From Octopus vulgaris (taxonomy: Eukaryota), in the NCBI GenBank assembly GCA_951406725.2, contig OX597818.1, positions 37,200,001 through 37,264,000 of the forward strand: a stretch of 64,000 bases of DNA, given 5' to 3'. The translations under genes were made by a program, and so were the position numbers. Positions 12,990-25,417 of this stretch are shown piece after piece. Numbering within the stretch: position 1 is the first letter of the stretch; the number at the start of each line of letters is the position of its first letter. The notes below the pieces were generated by a model. That model was not told the origin of the DNA, made no database searches, and was given only the letters and a program-made list of their open reading frames with translations.

Positions 12990-13170
12990 TTATTGAGTCA
13001 TTTTTAAGAACCTCCAAACAACAGAGATTATCTGCTTACAGAAACCAAATTTTGCAACCATACAGAACATCATGCATTCTGATTGTGAGGATGGAGATCT
13101 GTTTTTTTGTAAGGCCAGCAAGGCCTTCATTTTAGTTGTGTTTCCTTCCATGCCAAACAAAAAATATCCA
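12990..13170 (-). mobile_element. RTE-clade LINE internal fragment, decayed
   Basis: Minus-strand VLYGCKIWFL*ADNLCCLEV resembles RTE VLLYGCETWPL..ED.RRLEV. Confidence 0.6.
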
Positions 13171-13218
13171 TGAATTTTCGTGTACAACCTGTACTGGAAT
13201 TGTACAGTAAAAACCTGT

Positions 13219-13694
13219 GAGCCAACTAGAGAGCACCTACTTGGTCACTCATCATCATCATCGTCGTTTAACGTCCGCTTTCCATGCTAGCATGATTTGG
13301 ACAGTTTGACTGTGGGCTGGTGAACCAGATGGCTGCTTCAGGCTCCAGTCTTGATCTGGCAGTGTTTCTACAGTTGGTTGCCCTTCCTAACGCCAACCAC
13401 TCAGAGAGTGTAGTGGGTGCTTTTACATGCCACCGGCACAGGAGCCAGTCAGGCGGTACTGGCAGCGACCTCGCTCGAATTTTTTTACACATGCCAATGG
13501 CACAGGTGCCAGTAAGGTGATGCTGTGCTCAAAATAGCAACCGAATTCTCCCTCACACCGCTCCTTACCATCTTAAAATATACTTTAGACATGTAGTCCA
13601 GAGTACACTGTACATGAAAAATAACATGGCATGGCCATGCGTTGTATATTTTTGATAAGGATCTGCTTGATAAGGACATCTTGGAAGCTAAACA
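13219..13694 (+). mobile_element. Family E element split by a family C insertion
   Basis: gagccaactagagagcacctacttggtcactc [insert] tgctcaaaatagcaaccgaattctccctc...ttggaagctaaaca. Confidence 0.7.
13249..13525 (-). mobile_element. Family C element nested in family E
   Basis: (cat)n, gtttaacgtccgctttccatgctagcatg, tgccaccggcac units. Confidence 0.9.
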
Positions 13695-14482
13695 GTACCA
13701 TCAAGATCTGTAATCATCTTACTCCAACTTACAGTGATGCTGTGGCACTCAAATTAGTTAACAACAAACATTCGATCAATTACATATCTCACACAAGGAT
13801 GTTGAAAGTGTACGACACTGCTGAATGCCATTTATTTTTCAAATATATTTTACCTTAACTATTTATTGTCAGGAATAGATTTGCGTTAAATTAGTTTATT
13901 ATATGTTCTATGAATTAAATTAAGTTTATTATATGTTCTATTATTTGGTGAATGGGAGGAGGAAATGTAGCTGAATTACATTCAATGAAGTCATTTTCAC
14001 CAACTTTTTAGAAGTGAAATAAAACTTACACAATCCTTTGTGCTATCTCTGGTTTTTTTTTTTTTAGGTTTTTTTTACGCATTTTTCTTTGACCTTTACT
14101 TTTCCACAAAAGCTACAATTGTCATTCTCAATTATATTGTTGTTGGTTTCTTTTCTTTATTCCTTGCTATTATTTTTATACCTTTTGAAGAGTTGTCATT
14201 TTTAATTATGCAGTTCACATCACTCTTTTTCCCTACCTGATGTTATATCACTTTCACTTCAGCAGTAATGTTTATCATTTTCTACATCCAATGCTTGCAC
14301 TCAATGGCTTTCACTTACCTTATCATAGCATTAATTACTCTATATTTAAGGTATTATGCTGGTTACGTGTTTTACATTGGTAGACCCAGTATGTCAGACA
14401 GCTTGGACTACTAGATTTTCTCCATTCCAATAAGGGCTTGTGTACCGTGTTCATAATTTCATGATCATTCAAACTGTTTATG

Positions 14483-14771
14483 GTGGAGGCACATGGCCTA
14501 GTGGTTAGAGCAGCAGACTCACGGTCGAGGTACCGCGGGTTCGAATCTCAGACCGGGTGATGTGTGTGTTTATGAGCGAAACACCTAAGCTCCACGCAGC
14601 TCCGGCAGAAGGTAATGGCGAAACTTCTGCTGATTCTTTCGCCACAACTTTCTCTCACTCTTTCCTCCTGCATCTTGCAGCTCACCTGCGACGGACCGGC
14701 ATCCCATCCAGGTGGGGAACTGGCCCTTATGAGCCAGGCATGGCTCGAGAAAGAACAAACGAGCAAACAAA
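14483..14771 (+). mobile_element. Family D-related tRNA-headed SINE
   Basis: tggcctagtggttagagc A box, gggttcgaatc B box, (aaac)n tail, 13-bp TSD caaactgtttatg at 14470-14482 and 14772-14784. Confidence 0.9.
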
Positions 14772-14901
14772 CAAACTGTTTATGATGGTCTTTGTATAAT
14801 GCAAATTTAAATCAACCTCTGTCTGAAACCTTTAACCTTTTATTTTTGACCATCATGTTGTAGTCAATACTAAAGCAGACCATTTTCAACAAATTTTGTT
14901 A

Positions 14902-15357
14902 TGGGCAAGTATCTTCAACTGTAGCTCCAAACTGAGTTCAAATTCCACTGAGGTTGACTTTGCCTTTCATCCTTTCAGGGTTCGATAAATGAAGTACCAG
15001 TTACGCACTGAGGTTGATGTAATTGACTTAATCCCTTTGTCTGTCCTTGTTTGTCCCCTCTATGTTTAGCCCCTTGTGGGCAATAAAGAAATCAGAAACT
15101 GAAAGAAGCCCAACATGTGTGTATGTATTGTATTTGTATGTGTGTGAAAAAGATTGAGGGTTTTTTTGTTTGTCCTCCACTACTGCTTGACAACCAGAGT
15201 TGGTTTGTTTACATCCCTGTACCCTAGCTGTTCAGCAAAGTGATTGATAGAATAAGAATCAGGCTTAAAAAAAAAGTACTTGGGTCAATTCATTCAACTA
15301 AAACCCTTCAAGATGTTTCCCCAGCATAGCCACAGACCAAAGACTGAGATGAAAGAA
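14902..15357 (+). mobile_element. Family A SINE with a 5'-truncated family B copy (about 14931-15092) inside
   Basis: tgggcaagtatcttc [ctgagttcaaattcc...aataaagaaat] cagaaactgaaagaagcc... Confidence 0.75.
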
Positions 15358-15368
15358 TTTAAAAAAAA

Positions 15369-15899
15369 GGTTGTCCGGAAAGTTTGTGCCAATTTTTAAA
15401 GGAAAGAAAAAGGCCAATAATTACTTGCCATTACATTTTTAATCAACCAAATATGAACCATTTTGTTGCACACAATGCGTCTCCATCTTTCCTTTAACTT
15501 GAAAGTACCCTCTTCCCAGAATTGAGGTAGTTTCATGGCAATGAATTCATCAAGGTATCTTTTTACGTCATCCAAGGAATTGAAATTTTTACCATTTAAG
15601 ACCTGAATAAGTGGATATCTGAAGGAGCAATATCTGGTGAATATGGAGGCTGCAGCAATTTTTGTCTGGTTCCCAGAGCATCGAGTGCCGAAAATGAACT
15701 TTCTTATTTTCCATTTTAAAGTGTTACAGAATTAACACAGATTATAGGAACATAAACCTTCTTCCACCAAAAAGATAGCTTAAACTGTGCTCTAAATGGA
15801 GGTATAGTCAAATCCTATTCTGTGAACTCAACCATGTTCTAAAATAAGTCGAAAGGTAAGCTACTATAAATCGGCACGAACTTTCCAGACAACCCAATA
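15369..15899 (-). mobile_element. Internally deleted mariner element
   Basis: TIRs ggttgtccggaaagtttgtgcc / ggcacgaactttccagacaacccaa|TA; minus strand MENKKVHFRHSMLWE joined to PPYSPDIAPSDIHLFR...LKERWRRIV. Confidence 0.92.
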
Positions 15900-15919
15900 G
15901 ATGAATAGTTCTCCATCAT

Positions 15920-16235
15920 TCATTGATGAAGTTTCATTTGTCTGGTCAATGAATTACCTACTCCTGAATTGATATGTAAATGGTTGAGCATTGCCCAAAC
16001 ATGTGTACCCTTAATATAATTCGCAGGCAGAATCAGTGAGACACACTGTCTATGTGCAAGGTTGTTCCTTTGAATTATAGGTACAATCCATCTGACAGGC
16101 TTCTCTACAGTTTCCAACCTTCCAACTCAAAAAGCATGGGTTCAACGTGGAACTACAGAAAATGACAGTTGCCCAAAATTCTATGCAATGGAATCAAACG
16201 TGGTTGTAAAGCTAACTTCTCAACCATTTGACCAT
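15920..16235 (-). mobile_element. Family A head with a third tail type, decayed (homologue at about 45100-45365)
   Basis: Shared atgtgtacccttaa/ttga...cctttgaa.ta.aggtaca...acagtttcc block in both copies. Confidence 0.6.
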
Positions 16236-17190
16236 ACTATGCCACACACACACACACACACACTATGTAATGGCCTAAATTAAAAGACTAAAAGTTTCAG
16301 ATACCAGCTGATCCTTATACATTTAACTTGCCACAAGCTTACTGGAGCATAACTATGGTCATAACTTTTTCTGTCAAACAGATAAGAAAATAGCCAGCTC
16401 TGTCACCAACTGAGTCAATCAGTCTGCTGTACTTTTCTCTCTTTAACAAAAATAGGCTTCTATCTTAAAAAGAAGTTTTGATGTAGGGCTGTGTTGCAGT
16501 TAGTTTGTGGCAAATTTTACCTGTTACATGTATGTCCTTAAGAAAAATGTCACAACTTTTTATTTCCACACTGTAAATTTTAGGAGTTTTGTTTCCATAA
16601 AATTTTAGTGCAACTGAACCAGTTGTTCACCAGAGTAAAATGGCAGACTGTACTTAATTTCATCTTCCTGCATTTGTAGTTCAAATCTTGGTGGGGTCAA
16701 GTAAACCTTTAATATCCCTGTAATCTATGAATAAGTATTTCATGTTGCCTTGTGTCAAGAACATCTTATGAATGTTCTCAGTGAGTGTGTGGAGGCATGC
16801 GACCTAGTACTTAAGGGGTTCAGTTCACCATCATAAATTTATGGGTTAGATTCCTAGATCAGGAGCAAGGTATTTCATTTCACATTGCTCCAGTCTACTC
16901 AGCTGGAAATGAGTACCAGTCTGGTGCTTATACATCTATCTATTTATCAGTCTATCTCCAGCTGTGACATCCTGGATGTTCCATTGGGTCATGAGCAGGA
17001 GAGCTGAGAGGGTGCCTACTACTGCTTGTGACTATATAGGCACCTAAAACAATTAACAAAAATATGTTTATATGCTCCCAAAAAGGAGCATATAACATGG
17101 AGCATAGCCATTACTTGCTTGCAAGTAATAGTTATGGATTTTGGCCTTTTTACTTTTTCTTGGTGAGTAAAATAGAAAGCCTAGTAGTTT

Positions 17191-17517
17191 TTATTACCTC
17201 TGCCTTAGTGAAGGCTGAGGTATTGTTTTCAGTCGTGTTTGTTTGTCCATGGACAAGATATCTCAAGAACCACTGGATAGATTCGGATGAAACTCTCAGG
17301 GATGTTTGGCCTCATGAATGGCACGAACTGATAAGATTTGGGGATCAATCTAGTACCGGACAAGGATTCTGGAATATTTTTTTCCTGTTTTTTTACTTAA
17401 TTTTTGAGAGCAGTCAAGTTTATTTCAGATGTTCTCATTTTGAAAATCTCTAGCTAATCATTGAGAGGACGTTAGTGTTATCTTGGCAGAGGTTTGTGCT
17501 CTCTGAGTTCACTTGTT
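17191..17517 (+). mobile_element. Helentron-associated non-autonomous element (HINE/DINE-like)
   Basis: 5' subTIR acctctgcc forming hairpin tacctctgcctt-agtg-aaggctgaggta, short gttt repeat, 3' subTIR ggcagaggt at 17485-17493, small terminal stem-loop, T-rich ends. Confidence 0.7.
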
Positions 17518-18057
17518 CCCATTTAAAACAGTTTTAGCTTGTATATCTAAAGTCTGTGGTAAAGGTCCTAAAGACACTATTTTCTAATTCCATTCTCCTT
17601 AAAAGTTTGACATTGTATCTCTATTAGGAATTATTATTAGTAGTAAGTTTTTGGCAAATGGTAACTCTAACAAGGTTTTAATTCCCATTTGTAGAGAATT
17701 TATGACCTTAAGGTAAATATGAACCCTACAAGACCTCATTTCTCCTAACGATGTTTAGTGTTTTATTGAGAAATTATTATTTCATTTGATGATGATGTGT
17801 ATAACTGTGGTGTTTGTCAGGGTTTCTAGATCCATACATACTTTATTGTGATCAAATCTTAGCAGATATTTAAATTATATTTACATGATATCTATTTAAA
17901 CTTAATACATTAAACCTCGAGATAAAGGAATATGATCTCCCTGAGAACTGTTTTAGGCTATAGGCAAGCACTTTGTTGACTTAACTTGTATGTCACTTCC
18001 TTTTAGGTAGTAACCATTATTATTGTTATGGAGTGTTTTGTGAAAGGCTTAAAATAT

Positions 18058-18261
18058 TGGTTTCAAATTTGGGTGCAAGGCCAGCAATTTCATGGGAGGG
18101 GGTGGCCAATCAACCCCAGCATTCAACTGTGATTTATTTTATCAGCCCAAAAAGGGATGAAAAGCAAAGTCGACCTCAGCAGAACTTGAACTCAGAACAT
18201 AAAGATGGACAAAATGCCACTAAGCAGCCTGGCATACTAACAATTCTGCCAGCTCACTGCC
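18058..18261 (-). mobile_element. Family B SINE, decayed
   Basis: ggatgaaaagcaaagtcgacctcagcagaacttgaactcagaac...tctgccagctcactgcc. Confidence 0.8.
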
Positions 18262-18265
18262 CTAA

Positions 18266-18475
18266 CCCTTTAGCATTTAAATTGCCCAAATACTCTGCCT
18301 GTTTTATGCTCAAAGTGGCCAGATCTGACCTCTCACATTTACCCTGCAATGTCATTCTAAAACTATGCAATCATATCATTGAAATTTCGAAGCTCTAAGA
18401 TAAAGTATGATTAATTTCAAACAATGTGAATAAATAAGCATTATATTTGGCAGCATAATCTGAGTACTTAAAGGG
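18266..18475. mobile_element. piggyBac-type MITE
   Basis: ctaa|ccctttagca...cttaaaggg|ttaa; homologues at 25418 and 46429. Confidence 0.8.
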
Positions 18476-18887
18476 TTAAAGACTTAAAATATTGAAATCT
18501 TGTTTATGTCAGTTGGAAATCTCTAAACTATTATTGATGACCTGATAACCTTAGAGTAAGAAATTTAGCTTCGCTTCGTTTGCACCAGAGCTCTCATATT
18601 TGGTCAACAATGTGTGTCACTTTACAAGATTATTATCAATCGTTTCACTTTTGCTGGCAACCTTGTATAGTGGACATCAGCATTTGTTAAAATATGATTA
18701 AAACCAAACTGTGACTTTGACTCTGCACCCTCAAGTCAATAAAACACTTATGAACTATACAAAGCTCTTGCAGCTGACATGCATAAACTGTGCTTCCATC
18801 TACAAGGCATTTGTTTGCAGCTAGTTGAACTGGACCAGTAATAGCTAAGTGCTCTTGACCTGTCATCACAATGTGGTGCTAGTAACA

Positions 18888-19245
18888 AGCATGGCTGAGT
18901 GGTTAAGAAGTTCACTTTACGACCCCAAGGTTTTGGGTTCAGCCCCAGTGCATGAATACCTTGAATAAGTGTTTTGTACTCTATCCTCAGATTAACCAAT
19001 GCCTTGTGGATGAAATTTGTTGAACAGGAACTGTGCCGAAGCTTGTTGTATATGTGTGCATGTGACTTATGTTAAAGTTTACACTGATTAAAAACCGGTG
19101 TTTTTTATGTTCCTTAACTTAGCAATTCAACAAATTGAGATAGAAAAAAAAGAAAACAAGGTACCACACTTTCAAAGTAAGCACCAATTTCAATATAATT
19201 GACTAAACCCTTCAAACTGGTGTCTGAGCATAGCAGCTATACAAT
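18888..19245 (+). mobile_element. Family A SINE, strongly decayed
   Basis: gcatggctgagtggttaagaag...gggttcagccccagtg...gactaaacccttcaa. Confidence 0.65.
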
Positions 19246-19249
19246 AACT

Positions 19250-19410
19250 TTTGTTGTTGTTTAGCTTCCAGTCAGCCCTGGAAAGAGAGACCTATGATAG
19301 TCACGGCTGTGACTATCCCATCTAAATCTTTTCTCTTTTAAGAATGGTAAAATGCAGGTTGAGTGAATTTGGCTGCAGCCTCTGTCAGGTCAAGCAACTG
19401 CATAGAGGTA
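19250..19410 (-). mobile_element. Family E element, decayed
   Basis: (ttg)n tail, gtcagccctg...gacctatgat, atttggctgc...caggtcaagcaactgcatagagg. Confidence 0.65.
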
Positions 19411-19608
19411 CATGTGTGGGTGAGATGGCTAAATCTTAGTTGTGGTGTGAATGTTTTCATATCATGACTGACCATATTATCATAGTGTATTATTAGTGAC
19501 CTACATTGGTCAGGACAAGACTGCAAAACATTCCGTCTCTGTCACTCCTTGTCTTTTGTTTAACTTATTAGGCTGCTAATTTTAGTCGTTGATGTATTTG
19601 GATTACTT

Positions 19609-20173
19609 CTCCCCTTCAGCTACCATATATCAGCTCCTGGCACCTTTTCATCCAAAACATTTAATCCATTCTTAAATGCATGACACTGAATCAGCTTCGC
19701 TGACTGACAGGTGACGGTCATTTAGCGAATGCGTGGGCTAAAACTATGCGCCTTTACTAGTCAGTTAAGGTGAGACAGTGTCACGTGACAACTTGCTGGG
19801 GCTGTCTCCTGGAGCCTAGCGGCAGGTATTTAAAGGGAAAAATTTGAACAGTCAGTCACTGGCTGACACTCGCTGACGATACATCGAAGAGGCCAGGGAA
19901 CAGAAGAAAGAAGGAGAAAGAAGACATGCACCCAACACCAGAGCTGAAAACACCTTCGAAAGGGGGAGCCCCGTCACGTCAAAACGGTAGAGGAGTAGGG
20001 GCCGAAACCGGACGTGGTTCCTCCTGATGATGTCTTGAGCTAACTGGATCCTATAAAGGAGCTGTTGTGGTAGCAGACCACGAAACACGGTTGTAATTCC
20101 TCCCCTTCAGCTACCATATATCAGCTCCTGGCACCTTTTCATCCAAAACATTTAATCCATTCTTGAATGCATG
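19609..20173 (+). mobile_element. Penelope pseudo-LTR / retrozyme-like unit, 491-bp period with 74-bp terminal direct repeat
   Basis: 19609-19682 equals 20100-20173 with 1 mismatch; CpG-rich interior, TATA-like ggtatttaaa, hammerhead-like ctgatga...gaaac. Confidence 0.65.
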
Positions 20174-21789
20174 TCCATAGTACTAACAGAATTGTTTCTT
20201 TTACATGCCTTGGCCTATGTCACAAAAACCCATGTCTCATGTTCACGTTGTACTTTAATAATTCGCCTGCAGTTATAGGAAGATGGCCACCTTTTCTACA
20301 GGTATTTCCATCAAAGCTTCTACATGGATGCCCAGCCTGCTAGAAAAAGCAACTAGATCTCAAAGTAATAATTCACTGTTTTTAAACAAGGAAGGATAGA
20401 TATATAAAGCAATATACAGTTGTAGATATACACTGAATATTTTTGATCAGAGCTGTGATGAAATTATGAAACAGCTTATGTTTCATAACATCACATCTGC
20501 ATTATGCAAAAAGAGAATCCTTTTGCTGTTCCCTTAATTTTCCCAAAAGTTAATAATACCCTAACTGAAGTGATATGATAGCAACCACTGTTTCCAAACT
20601 ACAGTATCCAAGTTAGCAGCAATCTGTTATATAAAATACTAATTTCACGCATTTGATAGGGCAAATGAATCTCTAATGCAATTTATGTATCTATATTTAA
20701 CTCTACTTTTATATATTTTCATTTACTTTATTTCAACAAATGTATACCTGCGCTCTACTTAATTATCATGTTTCAAAAGTAGCTAAAAGAATTTTACAAT
20801 CAGCTGTTTGAAGCAAGCAGCTATCTCTGTTATTTTAAGACTGCAATTATTCTTTAGAACCCTCCATAAATAGTGTTTATTGACTGAATAGGCTGTAGTC
20901 TGTAGATATCAATTTATCTATTGGTGGTTATGACTCCCATCCCTTAAAAATACAAGTTATTCTAGCAAAGAATCTGCTTGATACTATTTCTTCTCTTAGC
21001 CCTTGACAAGTATCGGTCTGTACTGCGAAACAGCCTTTTATATTGAAAATGATCTTCTCATGTTAGTTTTGATGTCTATTTTACTATTATTTTTTCCTTT
21101 TTTATCAAGTTTATATAGTTTTCTTCACACAGTGATGTAACATAAAACATAAGAAATTCTATTTCCTTAGAAAAACCAACCAGATTTCAATTAACATTTT
21201 CCAAGTTAACATTTTTTAGATTACAGTGAGCATGTTTTGATTCTATATTCTGAATCAATACCCTGTCACTTAATTAGACTGCAAAATATTTGAAAAATAC
21301 TTTTCTGCTTAAAAGTGCTCAATATCAGTAAAAGAAGTGCTTGAGACAGTATGTATATATTCAGTTCTCTCCATTCAAAATTTTCAGATTTTCCTTAAAT
21401 ATTAATTGCATAACTGTTAATTATACCCAATTAGAATCAAAACATCCATACAGTTGAACACTGGTTCAGTATCAGCTCCCACCATGAATGCAAGATAAGA
21501 AAAATATCCTCAGTCAATTTACTGATTTGTACTTGACACTTATAGTGAAAACTAGATTTCAAATTGTTGGTATCTCATGAATATTGATGATTTGCAGTTA
21601 ATATTTTAAAATTAATTTGCAAGACTTAATATTTCTTTAATTTCTTCATCCCTGTACATTGACCCACAGGAATTTATCCTTTCATTTGCAGACTCAAAAT
21701 AGTTGCAAGAGCTTACCTTATCAGACTTTATATTATAACTTTATTTTATAAAATCTTCTCAGCTTACTAACATAATTCACTCGTCTGTT

Positions 21790-22170
21790 TTACATTCATT
21801 TGTCCATGCTAGCATAGGCTGCATGGACACTTATTGAGGCATTGTTTTACAGCCAGGTGTTCTTTCTGTCTCTAACACTGTTTCCAAGTGAGGAGATTTT
21901 GTATTCCACTTGTCTTTAAAGAATGATGTGTTGACAAGAAATGAAAGCATAGCATCACTAGCTTTTGCTCATCATTTTCATGGGAGGACACAGAATACAA
22001 ACATCCACATGTGCAAGTACACATATATGTGATGGGACTCCATACAGTTTCCATTTAACAGTTTCACCCATAAGGCATTGGTTGGCCCAAGAGAGACTTC
22101 GCCCAGGATACCAATCAGTGAGATATACCTCATGAACACGTAGTTAAGAAGCAAACTCCATATTCACACA
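21790..22170 (-). mobile_element. Family A head with C-type tail, decayed
   Basis: tccatgctagcatagg...ctgtttccaag...acagtttccat...ttggttggccc. Confidence 0.6.
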
Positions 22171-22289
22171 TGTCTGCATTTAGTCATGCCTAATTCTATT
22201 TAAATAGTCATTGCTAATTTCAAATTTGAGCCTCCATGTGATGGTTGCTACATTAAGTTTTCTGAAGGTATAATAAAGCATGATATCAT

Positions 22290-22440
22290 CAGCTGACAAA
22301 AGAGCTTATACATGATCACTCAGCCTATGAAAAATAACAGCCAAATTGCATATCACGCCCTTACATATTTAAAAAGCAAAATAAAGTAGGGGTACATGGG
22401 ACAATGTGGTCCGAGATAAATAAAATGGGACGGTCAAGGC
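22290..22440 (+). mobile_element. Family E element, decayed
   Basis: cagctgac...tacatgatcactcagccta...aataacagccaaat...atgggacggtcaaggc. Confidence 0.55.
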
Positions 22441-23334
22441 ATTTGAGAATTACCCACTGTTGCTCTCTCCATTAAGAATTGCAGAATTCGTTAGAAAGAA
22501 AGTCTTTCGAAACAAAACATGGACAGGAAAACAAATAGGACTACTGTTCTTTTGGGGGAGGGTTTAGAGATTAGGAGCAAAATCCCACATTATCAAGATA
22601 ATTTTAATTTTCTTTGATGATTGGTCTGCTTATTTGACTTGAGGCTAAACAGCATTTACTCAGATACTTGTCTTATGAAGACAATACAGGTAGAAAAAGT
22701 GTTAATATGAAATGTAATTATGTTGACTTTATGTGTGCTGATCATTTTAGATTGGTTTGCTTAATGATATTTCAAGGGACTTCATTCAGTGATTGGTATG
22801 CAGGCTACTTGGCCATTGAGCTGTCTTTAAAAAAAGGATAGGAGGGTGACAGAGCAGAAATCACTTAATTATTATCTGGCACTTTACAAGCTAGTGTATA
22901 AATAGGTATAGTAAGATTATAATACATAGGTCACTTGTAGAAATAACTACAGCGTGAGTGAGTTAGTACAGTGACCAGGTTGTTAAGGTAATATAAATAA
23001 ACGAACAAACTTAATCGCTGAAGACAGACAAGGAGTATGTATGTGTGGGTGTATGGATTAACAGTTATAGCTACTAGCTAAACAATGTTAATATTTTTAT
23101 TGATAGCTGTTGATTGGCATTGTTTTCTCTACAAATCTTTTTAGTGTTTAATTAGTTTCAAAAATTAACTTTGCCCTTTGTTAAATGTTGTTCATAAAGC
23201 TTAGAGCGAATTACTGTTAATATCTTAACAAGCCCTGTTAAGATATTTGAGTTCTTTAGTTAATTTTTTTTAACTAAAACACGGGTGTGTTAATGTGCTA
23301 GAAAAAAAAATTAACAAAACAGTATCAAGATTTG

Positions 23335-23667
23335 GGTGCTGACATGATTGAAGTTAAGAAGCTCACTTTGCTACCGCGTGGTTTCAGGTTCAGTCCCATT
23401 GTGTGGCACCTTCAGCAAGTATCTTCTACTATAGATCTTGTGAGTGAATTTGGTAGTGTGTGTGTTTGTGCTTATCCCCTACTGCCACTTGACAACTGAT
23501 GCTGCTGTGTTTACATCCTTGTAACTAAGCAATTTAGCCAAAGAAACCAATAAAATGAGTACCAGACTGAGAAGTAAGTTCTGGGGTTGATTTGTTCAGC
23601 TAACCCTTCAAGGTAGCATCCCAGCATGGCCATAAGCTAATGACTGAAACAAGTAAAAGATAAGAGA
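23335..23667 (+). mobile_element. Family A SINE
   Basis: ggttcagtcccattgtgtggcacctt...aatgactgaaacaagtaaaagataagag. Confidence 0.85.
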
Positions 23668-24618
23668 TTTTTGTACTTCATTTTGATTTATTCACAACAG
23701 ATGTTTGTCCCCCAAATTCTATATTCTCTTCACTCAATAATTTTCATGAATTATCAACTGTAAAAATCTTTTTATTCTCGTTTTATTTGTTTGGCTTTTG
23801 ATAAATTCTATGTGAAACAAAGGCATTGTGTTTGTACTTTTAATGTCAGTGAGTGACTGACTCAAAACTTGATATGATATCAATGCTTCTTCACTGTAAC
23901 CTGTTTTATACAGGAGGCAAAAACCATTAGTTGTGGATCTCTAACCATACTATTGGACATCTCTTCCCTGCAGTATACTCGCCAGTATTCTTGCCATTAT
24001 CTCACCAAGTTTTGATCTCTTCTTCAAAATAGTTTATTTCCACATTTCTTTGTCAGATCAAGATGTATTATAATGCTAATAACTTTTCCCCTACCATATT
24101 TCTCATTTGATTTTTTTTTTATATTTGTTTACATTAGTTGGCAATAGTCCTGAAGTTTGGGTTACAAAATCTAATAAGGTATAAAGTGACATTTTATGCT
24201 CCCACATGACTAAAATGCTTGAAAAATGTTTATCATAACTAAATTAACAATATATTGTAATTTTTCCATTAAAAAATAAACAGCACTACTCCAAGTATAC
24301 AATAGTAACATTTTTTTTGTTTTCAAGCCAAAATTATTATCCATTAGTTGAGTATGCACAAGCTAAGGAAGGAACTTCGAAATGGTTCCTTGTTCTAGCA
24401 AGTTTGACCCTCAGCAAACTTCCTGCTGTCTTTAAAATGAGGGAACTACATATTTTAGGTTCTAAATTTTAGCACATTAGACTCTCAACAAAATAGCTGG
24501 AATATCATATCAATCAAATGCTTTATTCAGTCAGTTACATCCATAGTAGCTATCTGTTCGAGCAAAGTGGATCTCAAGCTACACAAATATAACAGACACA
24601 TACATTTTTATACATATA

Positions 24619-24983
24619 TGGCACGTTAAGCGCACCATTCGAGCATGATCGTTATCGCCTTGCCTTCCTAGCACTTGTGCTGGTGGCACGTGAAACATTC
24701 AAGCGAGGTCGTTGCCAGTGCCACTGGACTGGCTCCTGTGCAGGTGGCATGTAAAAGGCACCATTTGGGCGTGGCCGTTGCCAGTACCACCAAACTGGCC
24801 TTCGTGCTGGTGGCACGTAAAAGCACCCACTACACTCTCGGAGTGGTTGGCATTAGGAAGGGCATCCAGCTGTAGAAACTCTGCCAGATCAGATTGGAGT
24901 CTGGTTCACCAGACCTCAGTCAAATTGTCCAACCCGTGCTAACATGGAGAGCGGACGTTAAATTATGATGATGATGGTGATGA
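24619..24983 (+). mobile_element. Family C element
   Basis: 3-4 gtgctggtggcacgt units, aggaagggcatccagctgtagaaac, gatgat tail. Confidence 0.9.
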
Positions 24984-25069
24984 TTCTCTCTGTCTCTCCC
25001 TCTTTCACACACACACACATGAATATATTAAACTGTTGTTTAATGTAATAGTTACTTGAAATTTTTAGG

Positions 25070-25256
25070 GGTACTGGATAGTTGGTTGCATTAACTTCAT
25101 TATTTATTTACTTGACTGGTGCTTTATTTTATCAACCCTGAAAGGATGAAAAGCAAAGCTGACCTTGACAGCATTTGAACTCAGCCTGCAAAGAGCCTGA
25201 AGAAATGCTGCTAAGCATTTTGTCCAATGCACTTATGTCTGCTAGCTCACTGCTTT
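25070..25256 (-). mobile_element. Family B SINE, decayed
   Basis: ttatcaaccctgaaaggatgaaaagcaaagctgacc...tttgaactcag. Confidence 0.75.
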
Positions 25257-25417
25257 AACATTTGATATAACACTCTCCAAAATACTTCATCTACTGCCTT
25301 TTCTTTCAAAGATTTCATCAAGTTTCAAAGTATGCTAACTTATCAGACATTTTTAAATATTTATTATAGTTTGTGTTCAAATGTGTTCTATGGCTGCTTG
25401 AATTATAGATTAATTTT

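Noticed and set aside
13888-13942. Small tandem duplications (also about 35162-35201)
   Set aside because: Ordinary slippage duplications in AT-rich DNA
14488-14555. tRNA gene (also 27120, 49420, 52010 and family A/B heads)
   Set aside because: A and B boxes are present but the acceptor stem does not close; each continues into a SINE body and several have TSDs
17064-17453. 129-aa ORF with a hydrophobic segment
   Set aside because: Mostly runs through the Helentron-type repeat; no recognisable domain
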